Assembly: GCA_965197375.1 (NCBI GenBank) | Contig: CBDAMZ010000005.1 | Coordinates: forward strand, 12,037-76,036 | Origin: Vicinamibacterales bacterium | GTDB lineage: Bacteria > Acidobacteriota > Vicinamibacteria > Vicinamibacterales > UBA8438 | Length of the DNA: 64,000 bases | Direction: 5' to 3' | Part shown: piece after piece, positions 51,375 through 62,727 of the stretch | Position numbering within the stretch: the first letter of the stretch is position 1 | Layout: every line of letters begins with the position of its first letter | Notes under the pieces: model-generated | Told to the model about the DNA's origin: nothing | What the model saw: the letters and a program-made list of their open reading frames with translations, nothing else | Databases searched by the model: none | Translations under genes and position numbers: made by a program

Positions 51375-53822
51375 TTAGACGCCCTGAGCCAGCCGTTGGC
51401 CTTCCAATTTCGGCATGCCGGCGATCCGATAGGCGAGTCCGCCCCCGTCAAAATAGACTTCGACGTCGCCGGTTTTAAAATGACCTCGAATTAGCTCTTC
51501 AGAGAGGGGGTCCTCAACATACCGCTGGATGGCGCGGCGCAGGGGCCTGGCACCGTAGGAGCGATCTTGGCACGTCATCTCGATGATCCAGTCGATCACT
51601 TCTGGTGCCAGGGTGATATGGAGTTGCCGGTCGACAAGATGCGCGTTGAGCTGGTCCACAAGCATTTTCGTGATCTGGCGTAAATCGTCGTCCGAGAGCG
51701 CCTCGAAGACAATGATTTCTTCAACACGGTTCACGAATTCAGGGCTAAAGGTGCGTTTAACTTCATTCAGCACCGTGTCGGCAACACTGCGTTGAATCCC
51801 TTTGATGTCCGGTGACTGGAAGCCGACCGATGCCTGTTTCTGGATGTAGCGCGCACCAATATTTGACGTCATGATGACGATCGTGTTCTTGAAATCGATG
51901 CGGCTTCCAAGCCCGTCGGTCAGGTGACCATCCTCGAACACTTGCAGGAGGATATTGAAGATGTCCGGGTGAGCCTTCTCGATTTCGTCCAGCAAGATAA
52001 CTGAGTATGGGTACCGCTTGACCTTTTCCGTCAGCTGCCCACCTTCCTCGTGACCAATGTAGCCGGGTGGCGAGCCGATCAACTTCGAGACAGAGTGCTT
52101 CTCCATGTACTCCGACATATCAAAGCGAACCAGCGCCGTGTCGCTCCCGAACAGGAAGTTGGCCAGGGCCCGGGCAAGCTCGGTCTTGCCAACGCCCGTG
52201 GGTCCGAGAAAGACGAAACTGCCAACCGGCCGTCTGGGTGATTTAAGCCCAGCACGGGAGCGCCGGACAGCTCGAGCCAAAGCCGAGATCGCTTTTTCCT
52301 GACTGATCACACGCTTGTGGAGCTCCTCCTCCATGCGGAGTAACTTAGCGCTCTCATCCTGATTGACGGACGTAATCGGGACCCCTGTCCACTTCGACAC
52401 GACCTCGTCGATATCCTGTTTGCCTACCTCGACGCAGCGTTTGCTGGACTTGATGTAGAATTTCTCCCGAGCGAATTGCAGATTCTCGCGTGCCAAGACT
52501 TCCTGCTCGCGGAAGAACTGCGCCCGCTCGTAGTCCTTCTGAGCAGTCGCGTGCTCCATCTGCTCGACGGCGACGCGGAGACTCTTATTGACCTCACTGA
52601 ATTCCTCGCTATGGCCAGCTTGGCGCAACTTGGCCCGCGCGCCCGCTTCATCCACGAGATCGATAGCCTTGTCCGGTAGAAAGCGGTCACTGATGTAGCG
52701 GCTCGATTGGTAGACTGCCGCCTCCATTGCCTGATCGGTATAGGTCACGTGGTGGTAACCTTCATAGCGGTCTTTAATCCCCCTCAGGATCTCGATCGTC
52801 TCGGACTCTGTTGGTGGATCTACCTTGATCGCTTGGAACCGGCGCTCAAGCGAGCGATCCCTCTCGATGTACTTGCGATACTCGGCTGGCGTCGTCGAAC
52901 CAATACACCTAATCTCGCCTCGTGACAGGGCTGGTTTGAGGATGTTCGCAGCGTCCAACGACCCTTCAGCAGACCCAGCGCCGACGAGCGTGTGTAGCTC
53001 ATCGATGAACACGATAATGTTTGAGTTTTCGGTCAGTTCCTTCATGATCGCCTTCAGGCGTTCCTCGAACTGACCCCGGTATTTTGTGCCGGCGACGATG
53101 AGCGAGATGTCGAGGGCGAGGAGTCGCTTGTCTGCCAATAAGTGCGGCACATCGCCGCGCACAAGCTTCTGGGCAAGACCTTCAACGATCGCCGTCTTCC
53201 CGACTCCAGGTTCGCCGATCAAGACGGCGTTGTTCTTCGTGCGGCGGCACAACACCTGCTGCAGCCGATCCACCTCGCCGTGGCGACCAACCAGCGGATC
53301 AAGCTGGTTCTTCATAGCCGCATCAGACAAATCGCGACTAAACTCCGCCAGCAGCGGTGTTTCTTTCACACGAGTAGGGGTCGTCTTCTCATTAAGGAGG
53401 TGGACGATGTCCTCGCGCACGGTGTTCAATCGCATGCCCTTCTCAGACAGAAGCGCCGCGGCAACCGAGCGCTCCTCGCGCAGGATACCGAGTAACAAGT
53501 GTTCCGTGCCGATGTGGTTGTGAAGAAGGCAGTCGGCCTCTTCGGCGGCAAGCTGAAGCAGGCGTTTAGTTTCCGTGCTGAACGGGATCTCGACCGAAGT
53601 CGAGACCTTCTTGCGAAAAACGGTGCGCCCTTCGATTTCTTTTCGGATGTCCTCGAGAGACAGGTGCGACCGAGCAAAGATTTGGCTCGTCAGGCCCTTG
53701 CCCTCTCGAATAAGACCAAGCAGGAGGTGCTCAGTCTCAATTGAGATACTCCCAAGCTGGCTGGCTTCGTAGCGGGCGAAAAACAACACACGCCGCGCCC
53801 GTTCCGTGTACCGCTCAAACAT
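51375..53822 (-). CDS. ATP-dependent Clp protease ATP-binding subunit (ClpC-like)
   Basis: [12 protein letters not shown], two Clp-N repeats, [11 protein letters not shown]-like linker, [19 protein letters not shown]. Confidence 0.95.
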   Translation of the reverse strand: MFERYTERARRVLFFARYEASQLGSISIETEHLLLGLIREGKGLTSQIFARSHLSLEDIRKEIEGRTVFRKKVSTSVEIPFSTETKRLLQLAAEEADCLLHNHIGTEHLLLGILREERSVAAALLSEKGMRLNTVREDIVHLLNEKTTPTRVKETPLLAEFSRDLSDAAMKNQLDPLVGRHGEVDRLQQVLCRRTKNNAVLIGEPGVGKTAIVEGLAQKLVRGDVPHLLADKRLLALDISLIVAGTKYRGQFEERLKAIMKELTENSNIIVFIDELHTLVGAGSAEGSLDAANILKPALSRGEIRCIGSTTPAEYRKYIERDRSLERRFQAIKVDPPTESETIEILRGIKDRYEGYHHVTYTDQAMEAAVYQSSRYISDRFLPDKAIDLVDEAGARAKLRQAGHSEEFSEVNKSLRVAVEQMEHATAQKDYERAQFFREQEVLARENLQFAREKFYIKSSKRCVEVGKQDIDEVVSKWTGVPITSVNQDESAKLLRMEEELHKRVISQEKAISALARAVRRSRAGLKSPRRPVGSFVFLGPTGVGKTELARALANFLFGSDTALVRFDMSEYMEKHSVSKLIGSPPGYIGHEEGGQLTEKVKRYPYSVILLDEIEKAHPDIFNILLQVFEDGHLTDGLGSRIDFKNTIVIMTSNIGARYIQKQASVGFQSPDIKGIQRSVADTVLNEVKRTFSPEFVNRVEEIIVFEALSDDDLRQITKMLVDQLNAHLVDRQLHITLAPEVIDWIIEMTCQDRSYGARPLRRAIQRYVEDPLSEELIRGHFKTGDVEVYFDGGGLAYRIAGMPKLEGQRLAQGV

Positions 53823-53943
53823 CCACCCTATCCACCGGTCAGTAGTCCCGGACAAATACTGACGACCAGACCCCCTCGCGCATTATAAAGCATAGGAGGC
53901 AAGTCGGCCTTTGGTAAATTTGGCGACCTACTCTACTCGGAAA

Positions 53944-54618
53944 TCATGCGGGGCTCAGACGACCGCCTGCCAAATGAAGCACCCGGTCACACGCGGCGGC
54001 TAAACGCGGGTTGTGAGTGGCAATAACAGAAGTCAGACGATGCTGCTCGTGCAAGTCATGAAGCAGCCGCTGCAGCCTGATTCCGGTTTGCTCGTCGAGG
54101 TCGCCGGTAGGCTCATCTGCTAATAGAAGGGACGGACGCATGACGAGCGCTCGCGCAAGCGCCACGCGCTGTTGCTCACCACCCGAAAGCTTCCCCGGGC
54201 GATGAGTCAGCCGGCCGCCGAGACCGACCTGCACTAAAAGCGTTTGAGCTCTGGCACGCGCTTCTGTGACCGGCAAGCGAGCGATCCTCATCGGCATCTC
54301 GGTATTCTCTACCGCGCTGAACTCTGGAAGTAGGTGGTGAAACTGAAAGACGAACCCGATGTGGCGATTGCGAAAGGCAACTAATTCTCCATCTGTGAGC
54401 TGGGTGAGCTCGGTCTCGCCCACGCGGATGCGTCCCTCATCTACCGCGTCAAGGCCGCCCATGACGTGCATCAGGGTGCTTTTCCCAACGCCTGAGGCCC
54501 CGACGATCGCTACCATCTCTCCAACCTCCACCGTGAGATCGAGCGCGCGCAACACCGGCAGGATGCGGTCGCCAACCTCATAGGACTTAGAGAGGGAGGA
54601 AATTTCAAGAAAGGACAC
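53944..54618 (-). CDS. lolD: Lipoprotein-releasing ABC ATPase LolD
   Basis: [41 protein letters not shown]. Confidence 0.9.
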   Translation of the reverse strand: MSFLEISSLSKSYEVGDRILPVLRALDLTVEVGEMVAIVGASGVGKSTLMHVMGGLDAVDEGRIRVGETELTQLTDGELVAFRNRHIGFVFQFHHLLPEFSAVENTEMPMRIARLPVTEARARAQTLLVQVGLGGRLTHRPGKLSGGEQQRVALARALVMRPSLLLADEPTGDLDEQTGIRLQRLLHDLHEQHRLTSVIATHNPRLAAACDRVLHLAGGRLSPA

Positions 54619-54620
54619 AG

Positions 54621-54741
54621 GAGTGTAAGCCTTGAGTCTTCGGGTCTACGTGGTCAGCCTTGGAAGTCTGTAGTTGGAAATCGCTGACCTGATGTCGAGG
54701 GTCGAAACTGAACACTTAAGACTCAGACCTTAAGATCTGAG
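54621..54741. repeat. Degenerate 7-bp-period repeats in two inverted blocks
   Basis: agccttg-agtcttc-gggtcta-cgtggtc-agccttg (54628-54662) and actgaac-acttaag-actcaga-ccttaag-atctgag (54707-54741); TGAGTCTT/AAGACTCA inverted pair. Confidence 0.5.
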
Positions 54742-54751
54742 AGGCCAGAAA

Positions 54752-55987
54752 TCACTGATATCTGAGCGCTTCTGCCGGATCGAGCCTCGACGCTTGGCGC
54801 GCAGGGTAAATGGTTGCAACGAGACAGATGGCGATCGCCGAGACGATCACGAGCACGAAATCGAGCATCTCAATTGTGAACGGAACATACGACACCTGGT
54901 ATACCTCCATCGGCAACCTGAGTAGACGATAACGGTCCATCACAGTCGAGATGGCGTAACCCCCACCAGCACCAACCGCGGTACCAACCGCACCGATAAT
55001 CACTCCCTGTAACACAAAGATCCCCATAATGCTCCGAGCACCAGCGCCCATGGTCTTCAATATCGCGATATCTCGGCTCTTCTCCATTACGAGCATAATT
55101 AGCGAGGCCACAATGTGAAGAGCAGCCACCACGACGATCAAGCCAATAGCAATCGAGATCGCCATCTTCTCCAACCACATAGCCGAAAAGAGAGATCTGT
55201 TCAGCTGTGACCAGTCGTCGGTTAGATAAGACGTTCCCAGCGTCTCAGTGACCAACGTCGCAATCTCACGCGAGGCGTAGATGTCGTCGACCCGCAGTTC
55301 CATCATCTCAACGCGGTCTTTGTTTAAAAGCCGCTTAGCTACATCCAGCGTCACGAAACCGTAGGCGTTGTCGTATTCGTAGAGCCCGAGTCTGAAGATC
55401 CCAACCACACGTAGCCGGCGTGGTCTGGAAATCATGCCCATCGGCGACAGGGTCCCGTGCGGCGTGATGAGCGTGACTTCATCGCCCAAGAAAGCGCCTA
55501 GCTGTTCGGAGACCCCCTCGCCAATAACCAATCCCCCCAAGACCGATCCGTCGACCAACTGGAGGTCTGCCAGACTGCCGTGCCGGACCGAGTGGGCCAC
55601 CTCAGTAACATCCTGTTCCAAGATGGGATCGATTCCCTTGACGGTAATAAACGCCTCCCCATAGCGGGTGGTTGCCAAAGCTTTACCGAGAATCGACGGA
55701 GCCGCTGCGAGAACACGCGGCAGTGCTGCGAGAGTCTCGGCCTCCTGACGATAATCTTCGAAGCCACCAGCGGCGACATTCCACACGTAGACATGTGCGG
55801 CAGCGCCTACGATCCGGTCACGGAGTTCCTGTTGTAGACCGGTCATCAGGGCAAGCGCGATGACGAGCGCCATCACCCCAACGGTAACGCCAGCTGTTGA
55901 AATGACAGAGGTAAGCGAAATAAAAGCTTGTTTACGCCGCGCTAGCAGGTATCGCGTGGCGACGTACAGCTCAAACGGAACCTTCAC
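54752..55987 (-). CDS. Lipoprotein-releasing ABC permease LolC/E
   Basis: [50 protein letters not shown]. Confidence 0.92.
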   Translation of the reverse strand: MKVPFELYVATRYLLARRKQAFISLTSVISTAGVTVGVMALVIALALMTGLQQELRDRIVGAAAHVYVWNVAAGGFEDYRQEAETLAALPRVLAAAPSILGKALATTRYGEAFITVKGIDPILEQDVTEVAHSVRHGSLADLQLVDGSVLGGLVIGEGVSEQLGAFLGDEVTLITPHGTLSPMGMISRPRRLRVVGIFRLGLYEYDNAYGFVTLDVAKRLLNKDRVEMMELRVDDIYASREIATLVTETLGTSYLTDDWSQLNRSLFSAMWLEKMAISIAIGLIVVVAALHIVASLIMLVMEKSRDIAILKTMGAGARSIMGIFVLQGVIIGAVGTAVGAGGGYAISTVMDRYRLLRLPMEVYQVSYVPFTIEMLDFVLVIVSAIAICLVATIYPARQASRLDPAEALRYQ

Positions 55988-57501
55988 GGCTCCTCTACTT
56001 CTTGTTTCGGCCTCAATAGGGGAAACAAGATAACGTCCCGGATGGAATGGCTGTCTGTTAACAACATGACCAGCCGGTCAATACCGATCCCCTCCCCTGC
56101 CGCCGGCGGCAGGCCGTACTCGAGTGCGTGGATGTAATCCTCGTCCATCGCGTGCGCCTCGAGATCGCCCCCATGGCGCTGGCGTTGCTGCACTTCGAAT
56201 CGCCGACGCTGCTCTGCCGGGTCGTTCAGTTCGCTGAAGGCGTTCGCTACCTCCATACCCCCCGTATAAAGCTCGAAGCGCTCAACCGTTTCGGGATCGT
56301 CTGAACGCTGCTTCGAGAGTGGCGACACCTCGATTGGAAAGTCGTAGACGAAGGTTGGCTGCACTAGCGTGTCCCCGCACAGCGCCTCAAAGAGCTCCAT
56401 GGTAATCCGTCCGGCTCCTGCCTTCGGCAGAACCTCGACACCTAGTCGGTCGGCCAGTGCGGCAACTGTGGCGTGGTCGCGGAGATCCGCCTTAGCCACC
56501 GTTCCGCCGAGCCGGCTACTGGCAGCCTGCCGAACCGCATCGCGCAACGACACCCTCGAGTAGGGCGGGGTGAACGAAAGGGTGTGTTCCCCGAAGGCAC
56601 ACTCGTCACGACCGAGGACGGCTCGCGCGACCGACGCCATCAACTCCTCGGTCATCGTCATTAGTGCTCGGTAGTCACTGTAGGCCTCGTAGAACTCAAG
56701 CATCGTGAATTCTGGATTGTGCTGGGTTGAGATCCCTTCGTTTCGAAAGTTCCGGTTGATCTCGTACACGCGCTCAATACCCCCAACGACCAACCGCTTT
56801 AGATAAAGCTCGGGTGCCACGCGCAGGTAGAGCGGCAGGTCGAGCGCGTTGTGGTGTGTTACGAACGGCCGCGCGAGCGCGCCGCCAGCCACCGGCTGCA
56901 TCATCGGCGTCTCAACTTCTAGATAGCCCCGTTCGTCGAGGAAACCGCGAATGGCCTTGAGAATACGAGCGCGAGTCTCAAAGATCCGGCGCACGTCAGC
57001 ATTGGCGATGAGGTCCACATAGCGTTGTCGATAGCGGATCTCAACATTAGTAAGGCCGTGCCATTTTTCAGGCAACGGCACGAAACACTTAGCAAGAAAC
57101 TCGAGTCGTGATGCCCAAATGGTGAGTTCGTCAGTCTTGGTTCGAAACACCCGCCCTTCAACCCCCACGAAGTCGCCAAAGTCGAGTAGCGTGAAAATTT
57201 TAAAATCGCGCTCCGACAGGGAGTCTTTTCGTATGTAAGCCTGAATGCGTGCCTTGCCATCAGAAATAACCAGAAAGTTCGCTTTACCGAAGGTCCGGAT
57301 CGCCAGCACGCGACCGGCCGTAGTGGTCCGCGCTTGCAGCTCTTCGAGCTCAGATCCCGACCGCTGGCCGTGAGCCTCGACGAGCGCCTCGACCGTGTGG
57401 GTGCGAGCGAAGCACTTCGGGTACGCCTCCACGCCGAGTGCCTGCAGCTCGTCCAGATTAGCCTGACGTTGCTCTAGCTGATCTTGCTCTCGGTCGTGCA
57501 T
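55984..57501 (-). CDS. lysS: Lysine--tRNA ligase (class II)
   Basis: [34 protein letters not shown]...HNPEFT, GIGIDRL. Confidence 0.97.
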   Translation of the reverse strand: MHDREQDQLEQRQANLDELQALGVEAYPKCFARTHTVEALVEAHGQRSGSELEELQARTTTAGRVLAIRTFGKANFLVISDGKARIQAYIRKDSLSERDFKIFTLLDFGDFVGVEGRVFRTKTDELTIWASRLEFLAKCFVPLPEKWHGLTNVEIRYRQRYVDLIANADVRRIFETRARILKAIRGFLDERGYLEVETPMMQPVAGGALARPFVTHHNALDLPLYLRVAPELYLKRLVVGGIERVYEINRNFRNEGISTQHNPEFTMLEFYEAYSDYRALMTMTEELMASVARAVLGRDECAFGEHTLSFTPPYSRVSLRDAVRQAASSRLGGTVAKADLRDHATVAALADRLGVEVLPKAGAGRITMELFEALCGDTLVQPTFVYDFPIEVSPLSKQRSDDPETVERFELYTGGMEVANAFSELNDPAEQRRRFEVQQRQRHGGDLEAHAMDEDYIHALEYGLPPAAGEGIGIDRLVMLLTDSHSIRDVILFPLLRPKQEVEEP

Positions 57502-57516
57502 TGCCGTCGCCCGTCA

Positions 57517-58005
57517 TTAACTTGGCCGGCCCACATCGTTCGTCGACCGTTGTCCATCCACCGCCCCAATGTTGTCCTGGATTTCACGGCGGATACCATC
57601 CAGCACGCCGTTGATGAACGCTACCGCCTGGTCACCACTGAACGTCTTGGCCAGTTCGAGCGCCTCGTCGATAACGACGCGCTGAGGGGTGTCGAGGCAC
57701 AGAAACTCGTAAACCGCCATCCTCATAATCAACCGGTCGAGTACCGCCATCCGCGCCAGGCGCCAATTTTTGGCGTGCGCTTCAATTAGTGGATCGATAG
57801 TCGACAGATGCTGGATCGTTCCCCGAACCAGCACGGTAGCGAAACCTCGCCGAGACCCGATGGCGGGGTGAACCGTCCAGAATAGATCGATCGCCTCATC
57901 AATATCGGCCTCCCCGAGACGGGCGATTTCCCACTGATATAGGAGCTGCAGCGCTGCTTCTCGACCCCGATGACGCTCATCGCCACGGTGCTGAGCCAAG
58001 CTCAT
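57517..58005 (-). CDS. nusB: Transcription antitermination factor NusB
   Basis: R.RGREAALQLLYQ, NWRLARM..LDR, VVIDEALELAK.F, FINGVLD. Confidence 0.95.
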   Translation of the reverse strand: MSLAQHRGDERHRGREAALQLLYQWEIARLGEADIDEAIDLFWTVHPAIGSRRGFATVLVRGTIQHLSTIDPLIEAHAKNWRLARMAVLDRLIMRMAVYEFLCLDTPQRVVIDEALELAKTFSGDQAVAFINGVLDGIRREIQDNIGAVDGQRSTNDVGRPS

Positions 58006-58499
58006 TCCCCCGACGCGCGCATAGCACCCGGGAGGGCACGCACGACATTCGCAAGCTGCACAGCGGCCATCGCCGCTTCCCAGCCCTTGTTAGTCGAGGC
58101 CTCCCCAGCACGTGCGACCGCTTCGTCTTTGGAATTCGTGGTCAGCACCCCGCACGTCATCGGTACTCCCGTGGCCTGTGACGCCATCGTAATACCGTGC
58201 ACCGCCGCCGCGGCGATGTACTCAAAATGAGGTGTCTCACCGCGAATGACGCAGCCCAAGCAGACGATGGCGTCGAAACGGCCCGACTCCGCCGCGCGTC
58301 GAGCCGCCAACGGGATCTCAAACGCTCCGGGCACCAAAATGATCGAAACGGCTTTATCCGAGGCGCCGGATTGTTTCAGCGCCGAGAGGGCACCATCTCG
58401 CAACGACCGGGTCACAGAGGCGTGATATGAGGAAACGATCACACCGACGCGCAGACCGCGCGCATCACTCACTCCCTCGATAACCGCAGTATCTTTCAT
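58002..58499 (-). CDS. ribH: 6,7-dimethyl-8-ribityllumazine synthase
   Basis: VPGAFEIP, LGCVIRGETPHFEYI, NKGWEAA. Confidence 0.95.
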   Translation of the reverse strand: MKDTAVIEGVSDARGLRVGVIVSSYHASVTRSLRDGALSALKQSGASDKAVSIILVPGAFEIPLAARRAAESGRFDAIVCLGCVIRGETPHFEYIAAAAVHGITMASQATGVPMTCGVLTTNSKDEAVARAGEASTNKGWEAAMAAVQLANVVRALPGAMRASGE

Positions 58500-59278
58500 G
58501 CGCCCTTAAAATTCGGCCTTCGTTTCTCCAGGAAGGCCCGTGTGCCTTCCCGCATGTCGTCGGTAGTCGCTACGAGACCAAACAGCGTTGCTTCGTGTGC
58601 ACACCCCTCCGCAAGTGACATCTGAAACCCATCGCGCACGGCGTCCAGGATATAGCGGACCGCGATCGGTGCCTTGGAGGCCAGCGCCGCGGCCAGGGAC
58701 TTAGCCTCTTGCATCAGCGCTGTCGCCGGCACGACGCGGTTCACAAGTCCGATTCGCCAGGCTTCCTCAGCGCTAATCGGATCTCCGGTCAGCAGTAACT
58801 CGAGGGCACGCGCCCGTCCAACCAGGCGCGGCAATCGCTGCGTGCCGCCGTATCCGGGAATCAGGCCGAGATTGATCTCCGGCTGGCCAAGCTTGGCCGT
58901 GTCAGCGGCAACGCGCATCGTGCATGCCATGGCGAGCTCGCACCCCCCGCCCAACGCAAAACCATTGATGGCGGCAACGACCGGCTTCTCCATCCGCTCA
59001 AGGAACTCGCAGAGCTCCTGGCCGCGCTGGGCCAACTCACGCGCACGAACCGGCTCAAGCTGCGCTAGCTCCACAATGTCGGCACCGGCAACGAACGCTT
59101 TTTTGCCCGCACCAGTAACGATGACTGCCCGCACGGTGCCATCGGCCCCGAGTGTGCCAACAGCCTCCCGGAGCTCACCAATGGTCGCCGCGTTTAGCGC
59201 GTTGAGCACCTTTGGCCGATTGACGGTGACGACCGCAAGATCATCTATGCGATCAACAACGAGGTTCTCAAATGTCAT
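58496..59278 (-). CDS. Enoyl-CoA hydratase/crotonase
   Basis: NRPKVLNALN, AFVAGADI, GFALGGGCELAMAC, GQPEINLGLIPGYGGTQRL. Confidence 0.93.
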   Translation of the reverse strand: MTFENLVVDRIDDLAVVTVNRPKVLNALNAATIGELREAVGTLGADGTVRAVIVTGAGKKAFVAGADIVELAQLEPVRARELAQRGQELCEFLERMEKPVVAAINGFALGGGCELAMACTMRVAADTAKLGQPEINLGLIPGYGGTQRLPRLVGRARALELLLTGDPISAEEAWRIGLVNRVVPATALMQEAKSLAAALASKAPIAVRYILDAVRDGFQMSLAEGCAHEATLFGLVATTDDMREGTRAFLEKRRPNFKGA

Positions 59279-59300
59279 TGCAGGGCACCTCGTGAAGGCA

Positions 59301-59702
59301 CTACCTGACCGAAAGAACTATACTCCACGCCCAGACAATCCCGACGCCAAGGAACGCACCGACCGTGTCGGCAACTAGGTCCCGTGCCGTTGCGGTGCGC
59401 CCAGGGACAAAACTCTGGTGAAACTCGTCGCTGAGTCCGTAGAACGAAGTCACCACGACCGCTGCCACGGCAGCACCGCCGGTGATGCCTAAACAACGTC
59501 CGCTAGCGAGCCCGCGTAGCACAAGCATACCGAGCACCGCATACACGACAGCGTGCGCGTTCACGTCGGACAGGCCGCCCGGCAGCGCCGGTGGATCCGA
59601 CGCCGACGAGACGACAAAAATCAATACCATGAGTACAATGGCCGGGCTCCACGCCCAGACCACTCGCACCGATCCTGGCGAGTCGACGCGCGCATCCATC
59701 AC
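59301..59702 (-). CDS. VanZ family membrane protein
   Basis: M.LIF..SS, H...YA.LG, YGLSDEFHQSFVPGR.A...DLVAD..G. Confidence 0.85.
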   Translation of the reverse strand: MMDARVDSPGSVRVVWAWSPAIVLMVLIFVVSSASDPPALPGGLSDVNAHAVVYAVLGMLVLRGLASGRCLGITGGAAVAAVVVTSFYGLSDEFHQSFVPGRTATARDLVADTVGAFLGVGIVWAWSIVLSVR

Positions 59703-59887
59703 AGCGGGAACGGATACATGAACCAGCCAAGCAACAAAGCCACCGCGATAAAACCAGCAAAGGCCATGGCGCCGAACCGCAGCTGTTCTCTCAGGGAATC
59801 ACGCATCAGCACGGCAAAGACAAGCGAAACGAACCCAGCGAACGTCAGCATCGCGGCAAAATGGTTAGTCATGCTCTTGGTGGCCAC
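59699..59887 (-). CDS. Small two-TM hypothetical membrane protein
   Basis: Co-oriented, overlaps the next start; HF..MLTFA.FVSLVFAVL..LGWFMYPFP. Confidence 0.65.
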   Translation of the reverse strand: MATKSMTNHFAAMLTFAGFVSLVFAVLMRDSLREQLRFGAMAFAGFIAVALLLGWFMYPFPL

Positions 59888-59902
59888 TTAGAACGGTCGG
59901 TC

Positions 59903-60304
59903 TCACTTTCGCCCGAGGGCGATGTCGAAGGCGTCGACCACAACGAGCATGTTCAGCAACCCGGCTACAACGAGAAAAGAATTGCCGTACTCATAGGTGG
60001 TCGCGACCACGCGCCCATCACCCAGCTCGAGCGCGCGTGCGAGGAAATAAGGCGCCCCGATGCCAAGGTCCGCAAACGCGGCCAGGGCCACAAGCGGCTG
60101 GGAGAAGTCGAAGGGAAGAATTCCTCCTTCCAGCCAAAGACCAATCGCGAACATCGTTGGTAGGGCAACGAGGAAGATCACGCCCTTGCTCAGTCGACCT
60201 AGCCAAAGATGACCGGCACCTGGCACGATCCAGGCGACCGCACAGACGAGCGCCGTAGTATAGGTCCCGGCAGGTCTGGCGTACACCATGACGTTCGTGT
60301 CCAA
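59903..60304 (-). CDS. DUF6677-like membrane protein
   Basis: AWIVPGAGHLWLGR..KG, YEYGN.F..VAGLLN.LVVVDAFDIA.GRK. Confidence 0.7.
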   Translation of the reverse strand: MDTNVMVYARPAGTYTTALVCAVAWIVPGAGHLWLGRLSKGVIFLVALPTMFAIGLWLEGGILPFDFSQPLVALAAFADLGIGAPYFLARALELGDGRVVATTYEYGNSFLVVAGLLNMLVVVDAFDIALGRK

Positions 60305-60469
60305 TGCCCCTAGGTTAGCTAGCGCCTATCTCACAACGACAGCCGCATTCGGCCGCCCTCAGTTAATCACCGTTAATAATGAACGGGACCACTGACCCGT
60401 CAGTCTAGTGCTCTGCCTAACGTTAAACTCACAAACCGGGCGGCCGTGAAACCGAGCGGCGGTCATCGA

Positions 60470-61417
60470 TCAAAGCGCGTCGAAATGCGTTAGCTGTTTG
60501 AACTCTGCAAACCTAGCTTCGATCTCACCACGTGTGAGCCGCAGCAAGCGATTCAAACCAAAGTCTTCCACTGAGAACGATGCCATCGTGCTCCCGGCGA
60601 TGACAGCCTGCCTCACAACGTCGTCGGTGATTGTGGGCGCGGCCGCAAGGTACCCAACGAACCCTCCGGCGAACGTATCCCCGGCACCAGTTGGATCAAA
60701 GACTTCCTCGAGAGGCAGACCCGGGACAGTGAAGAATCCGTCGTTAACCGTCATGAGCACGCCGTACTCCCCCCGCTTGATGACAACCCGCTCTGGTCCC
60801 ATGGCTCGAATCGCCCTCGCTGCCTTGACCAGATTTGCCTCACCAGTAAGCTCACGCGCCTCTTCGTCGTTAATGACGACCGCGTTCACACGGCCGAGCA
60901 CAGCCAAAAGCTCGTCCGGAGTCCGCTCGATCCAGTAGTTCATCGTGTCTAGCGCGATAAAGTGAGGTGACCGTACCTGAGCGAGCACGTCGAGCTGCAG
61001 GGCCGGATGTATGTTAGCTAGAAACACGAAGGGGCTGGGTTGAAAATGATCTGGGATCGTCGGTCGAAAGTCTTGGAACACGTTCAGCCGCGTGTAAATC
61101 GTGCTACGCGTACTCAAGTCTAAACTGTATCCCCCTTTCCACCGAAAGGTCTCGCCAGGAACCCGCTGCAACCCCTCGAGGTCTATACGACGCCCGACAA
61201 AAACCTGGACGTGCTCGTCCGCGAAGTCCTCACCCACGACTGCCACTAGCCGGACGTCGGTGAAAAACGAAGCTGCCAGGCTGAAAAAGGTCGCTGCCCC
61301 ACCCACCACACGCGACACCTCACCCACTGGCGTCTTGATGGAGTCGAATGCGACGGATCCGACAGTTAGAATGGGATGAGTCGATTTCATGGCCTTCGGT
61401 GAGCGACGGATACTCAC
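60470..61417 (-). CDS. PfkB family carbohydrate/nucleoside kinase
   Basis: VGSVAFDSI.TP, GGAATF, DTMNYWI, IKRGEYG, DPTGAGDTFAGG. Confidence 0.92.
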   Translation of the reverse strand: MSIRRSPKAMKSTHPILTVGSVAFDSIKTPVGEVSRVVGGAATFFSLAASFFTDVRLVAVVGEDFADEHVQVFVGRRIDLEGLQRVPGETFRWKGGYSLDLSTRSTIYTRLNVFQDFRPTIPDHFQPSPFVFLANIHPALQLDVLAQVRSPHFIALDTMNYWIERTPDELLAVLGRVNAVVINDEEARELTGEANLVKAARAIRAMGPERVVIKRGEYGVLMTVNDGFFTVPGLPLEEVFDPTGAGDTFAGGFVGYLAAAPTITDDVVRQAVIAGSTMASFSVEDFGLNRLLRLTRGEIEARFAEFKQLTHFDAL

Positions 61418-62304
61418 TTTAGATACTTCCCGACGATTGGCGCTAGGTCAACCTTGGTTCGATCCGAAATCGCCTCTGGCCTCGTGATGATCGCCGCCGC
61501 CAACGCAGTAGCACACTCGCAAGTTCGCTCGACCGGCAGGTGCGAGAGCGCTGCTTTAATAATCTTCAGCGCCGTCTCTGCGTTCTCCTGCAAGATTTGA
61601 ACGATCTTATCTACGGTGACGTGGTCGTGCTCCGGATGCCAACAGTCGTAGTCGGTCACTAGTGCGAGCGTCGCAAAACAGATCTCTGCTTCGCGCGCGA
61701 GTTTTGCCTCCTGCAGACTAGTCATCCCGATCACATCCATCTGCCACGAGCGGTACAGACGTGACTCGGCCAACGTGGAGAACTGCGGCCCCTCCATACA
61801 CACGTAGGTTCCGCCGAGGTGTCCCGTCGCGCCGACCTCCAGCGACGCATCATAGGCAAGCTGCGTCAGGATAGGACAGAGCGGACGAGCAAACGAGAGG
61901 TGTGCCACAAGCCCGCGCCCGAAAAAGGTGCTGATCCGCCCACGCGTCCGGTCGAAAAACTGATCCGGAACGACGATGTCACGGGGCCGATAACGCTCCT
62001 GCAGGCTGCCAACGGCACTCGCCGAAAGGATCCACTCGACGCCGAGGGTCTTAAGCCCGAAGATGTTCGCGCGAAAATTTAACTCCGACGGTGAAATATG
62101 GTGGCCGTTTCCGTGTCGCGCCAGAAACGCCACTCGCTGGCCGGCCACCGTGCCAACGACGTACGGCGCCGAAGGTTCGCCGAACGGGGTCGCAACCGTA
62201 ATTTCCTCGCGCTCGATGAACTCAGCTATATCGTACAACCCGCTGCCGCCTATTACGCCGACACGAATGTCCCTTCGCTTAGCGGTCTGCTTAGGTTCCA
62301 TCAT
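61414..62304 (-). CDS. mtnP: S-methyl-5'-thioadenosine phosphorylase
   Basis: GVIGGSGLY, TPFGEPS, FLARHG, EGPQFST.AES, LVTDYDCWH. Confidence 0.93.
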   Translation of the reverse strand: MMEPKQTAKRRDIRVGVIGGSGLYDIAEFIEREEITVATPFGEPSAPYVVGTVAGQRVAFLARHGNGHHISPSELNFRANIFGLKTLGVEWILSASAVGSLQERYRPRDIVVPDQFFDRTRGRISTFFGRGLVAHLSFARPLCPILTQLAYDASLEVGATGHLGGTYVCMEGPQFSTLAESRLYRSWQMDVIGMTSLQEAKLAREAEICFATLALVTDYDCWHPEHDHVTVDKIVQILQENAETALKIIKAALSHLPVERTCECATALAAAIITRPEAISDRTKVDLAPIVGKYLK

Positions 62305-62716
62305 TTGCTACTCTCGGCTGACTCTGTTTGAGCTCGACCAGGACCCCGTGAGTGCTTGAAGGGTGAACGAAAGCAACGAGCGCGTCTTCCGCACCCCTAC
62401 GCGGATGCTCGTCGATTAACCGGACACCATGCGCCTTGAGACGGGCCACCGCTGCCTCAAGATCGTCGACACGTACGGTGATGTGGTGCAGTCCTGGCCC
62501 GCGGTGCTTCACAAAGCGCCAAATGGGAGACTCCTCGACAGTGGCTTCGAGCAGCTCGAGCGATGTATCCCCAATTCGAACGAAGTGGGCACGCACGCCT
62601 TGGGACGGCACCTCTTCCGTCGTGGTTACCTCTAGGCCCAACGCGTCTTGATAGAACGCGAGTGCCTGGGTCAGGTCCCGAACTGCAATGCCGATGTGGT
62701 CCAGCGCGGCTTTCAT
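62291..62716 (-). CDS. mce: Methylmalonyl-CoA epimerase
   Basis: LDHIGIAV, ELLE, GPGLHHI, AFVHP.S.HGVLVEL. Confidence 0.92.
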   Translation of the reverse strand: MKAALDHIGIAVRDLTQALAFYQDALGLEVTTTEEVPSQGVRAHFVRIGDTSLELLEATVEESPIWRFVKHRGPGLHHITVRVDDLEAAVARLKAHGVRLIDEHPRRGAEDALVAFVHPSSTHGVLVELKQSQPRVANDGT

Positions 62717-62727
62717 GGTTCTGTTGG

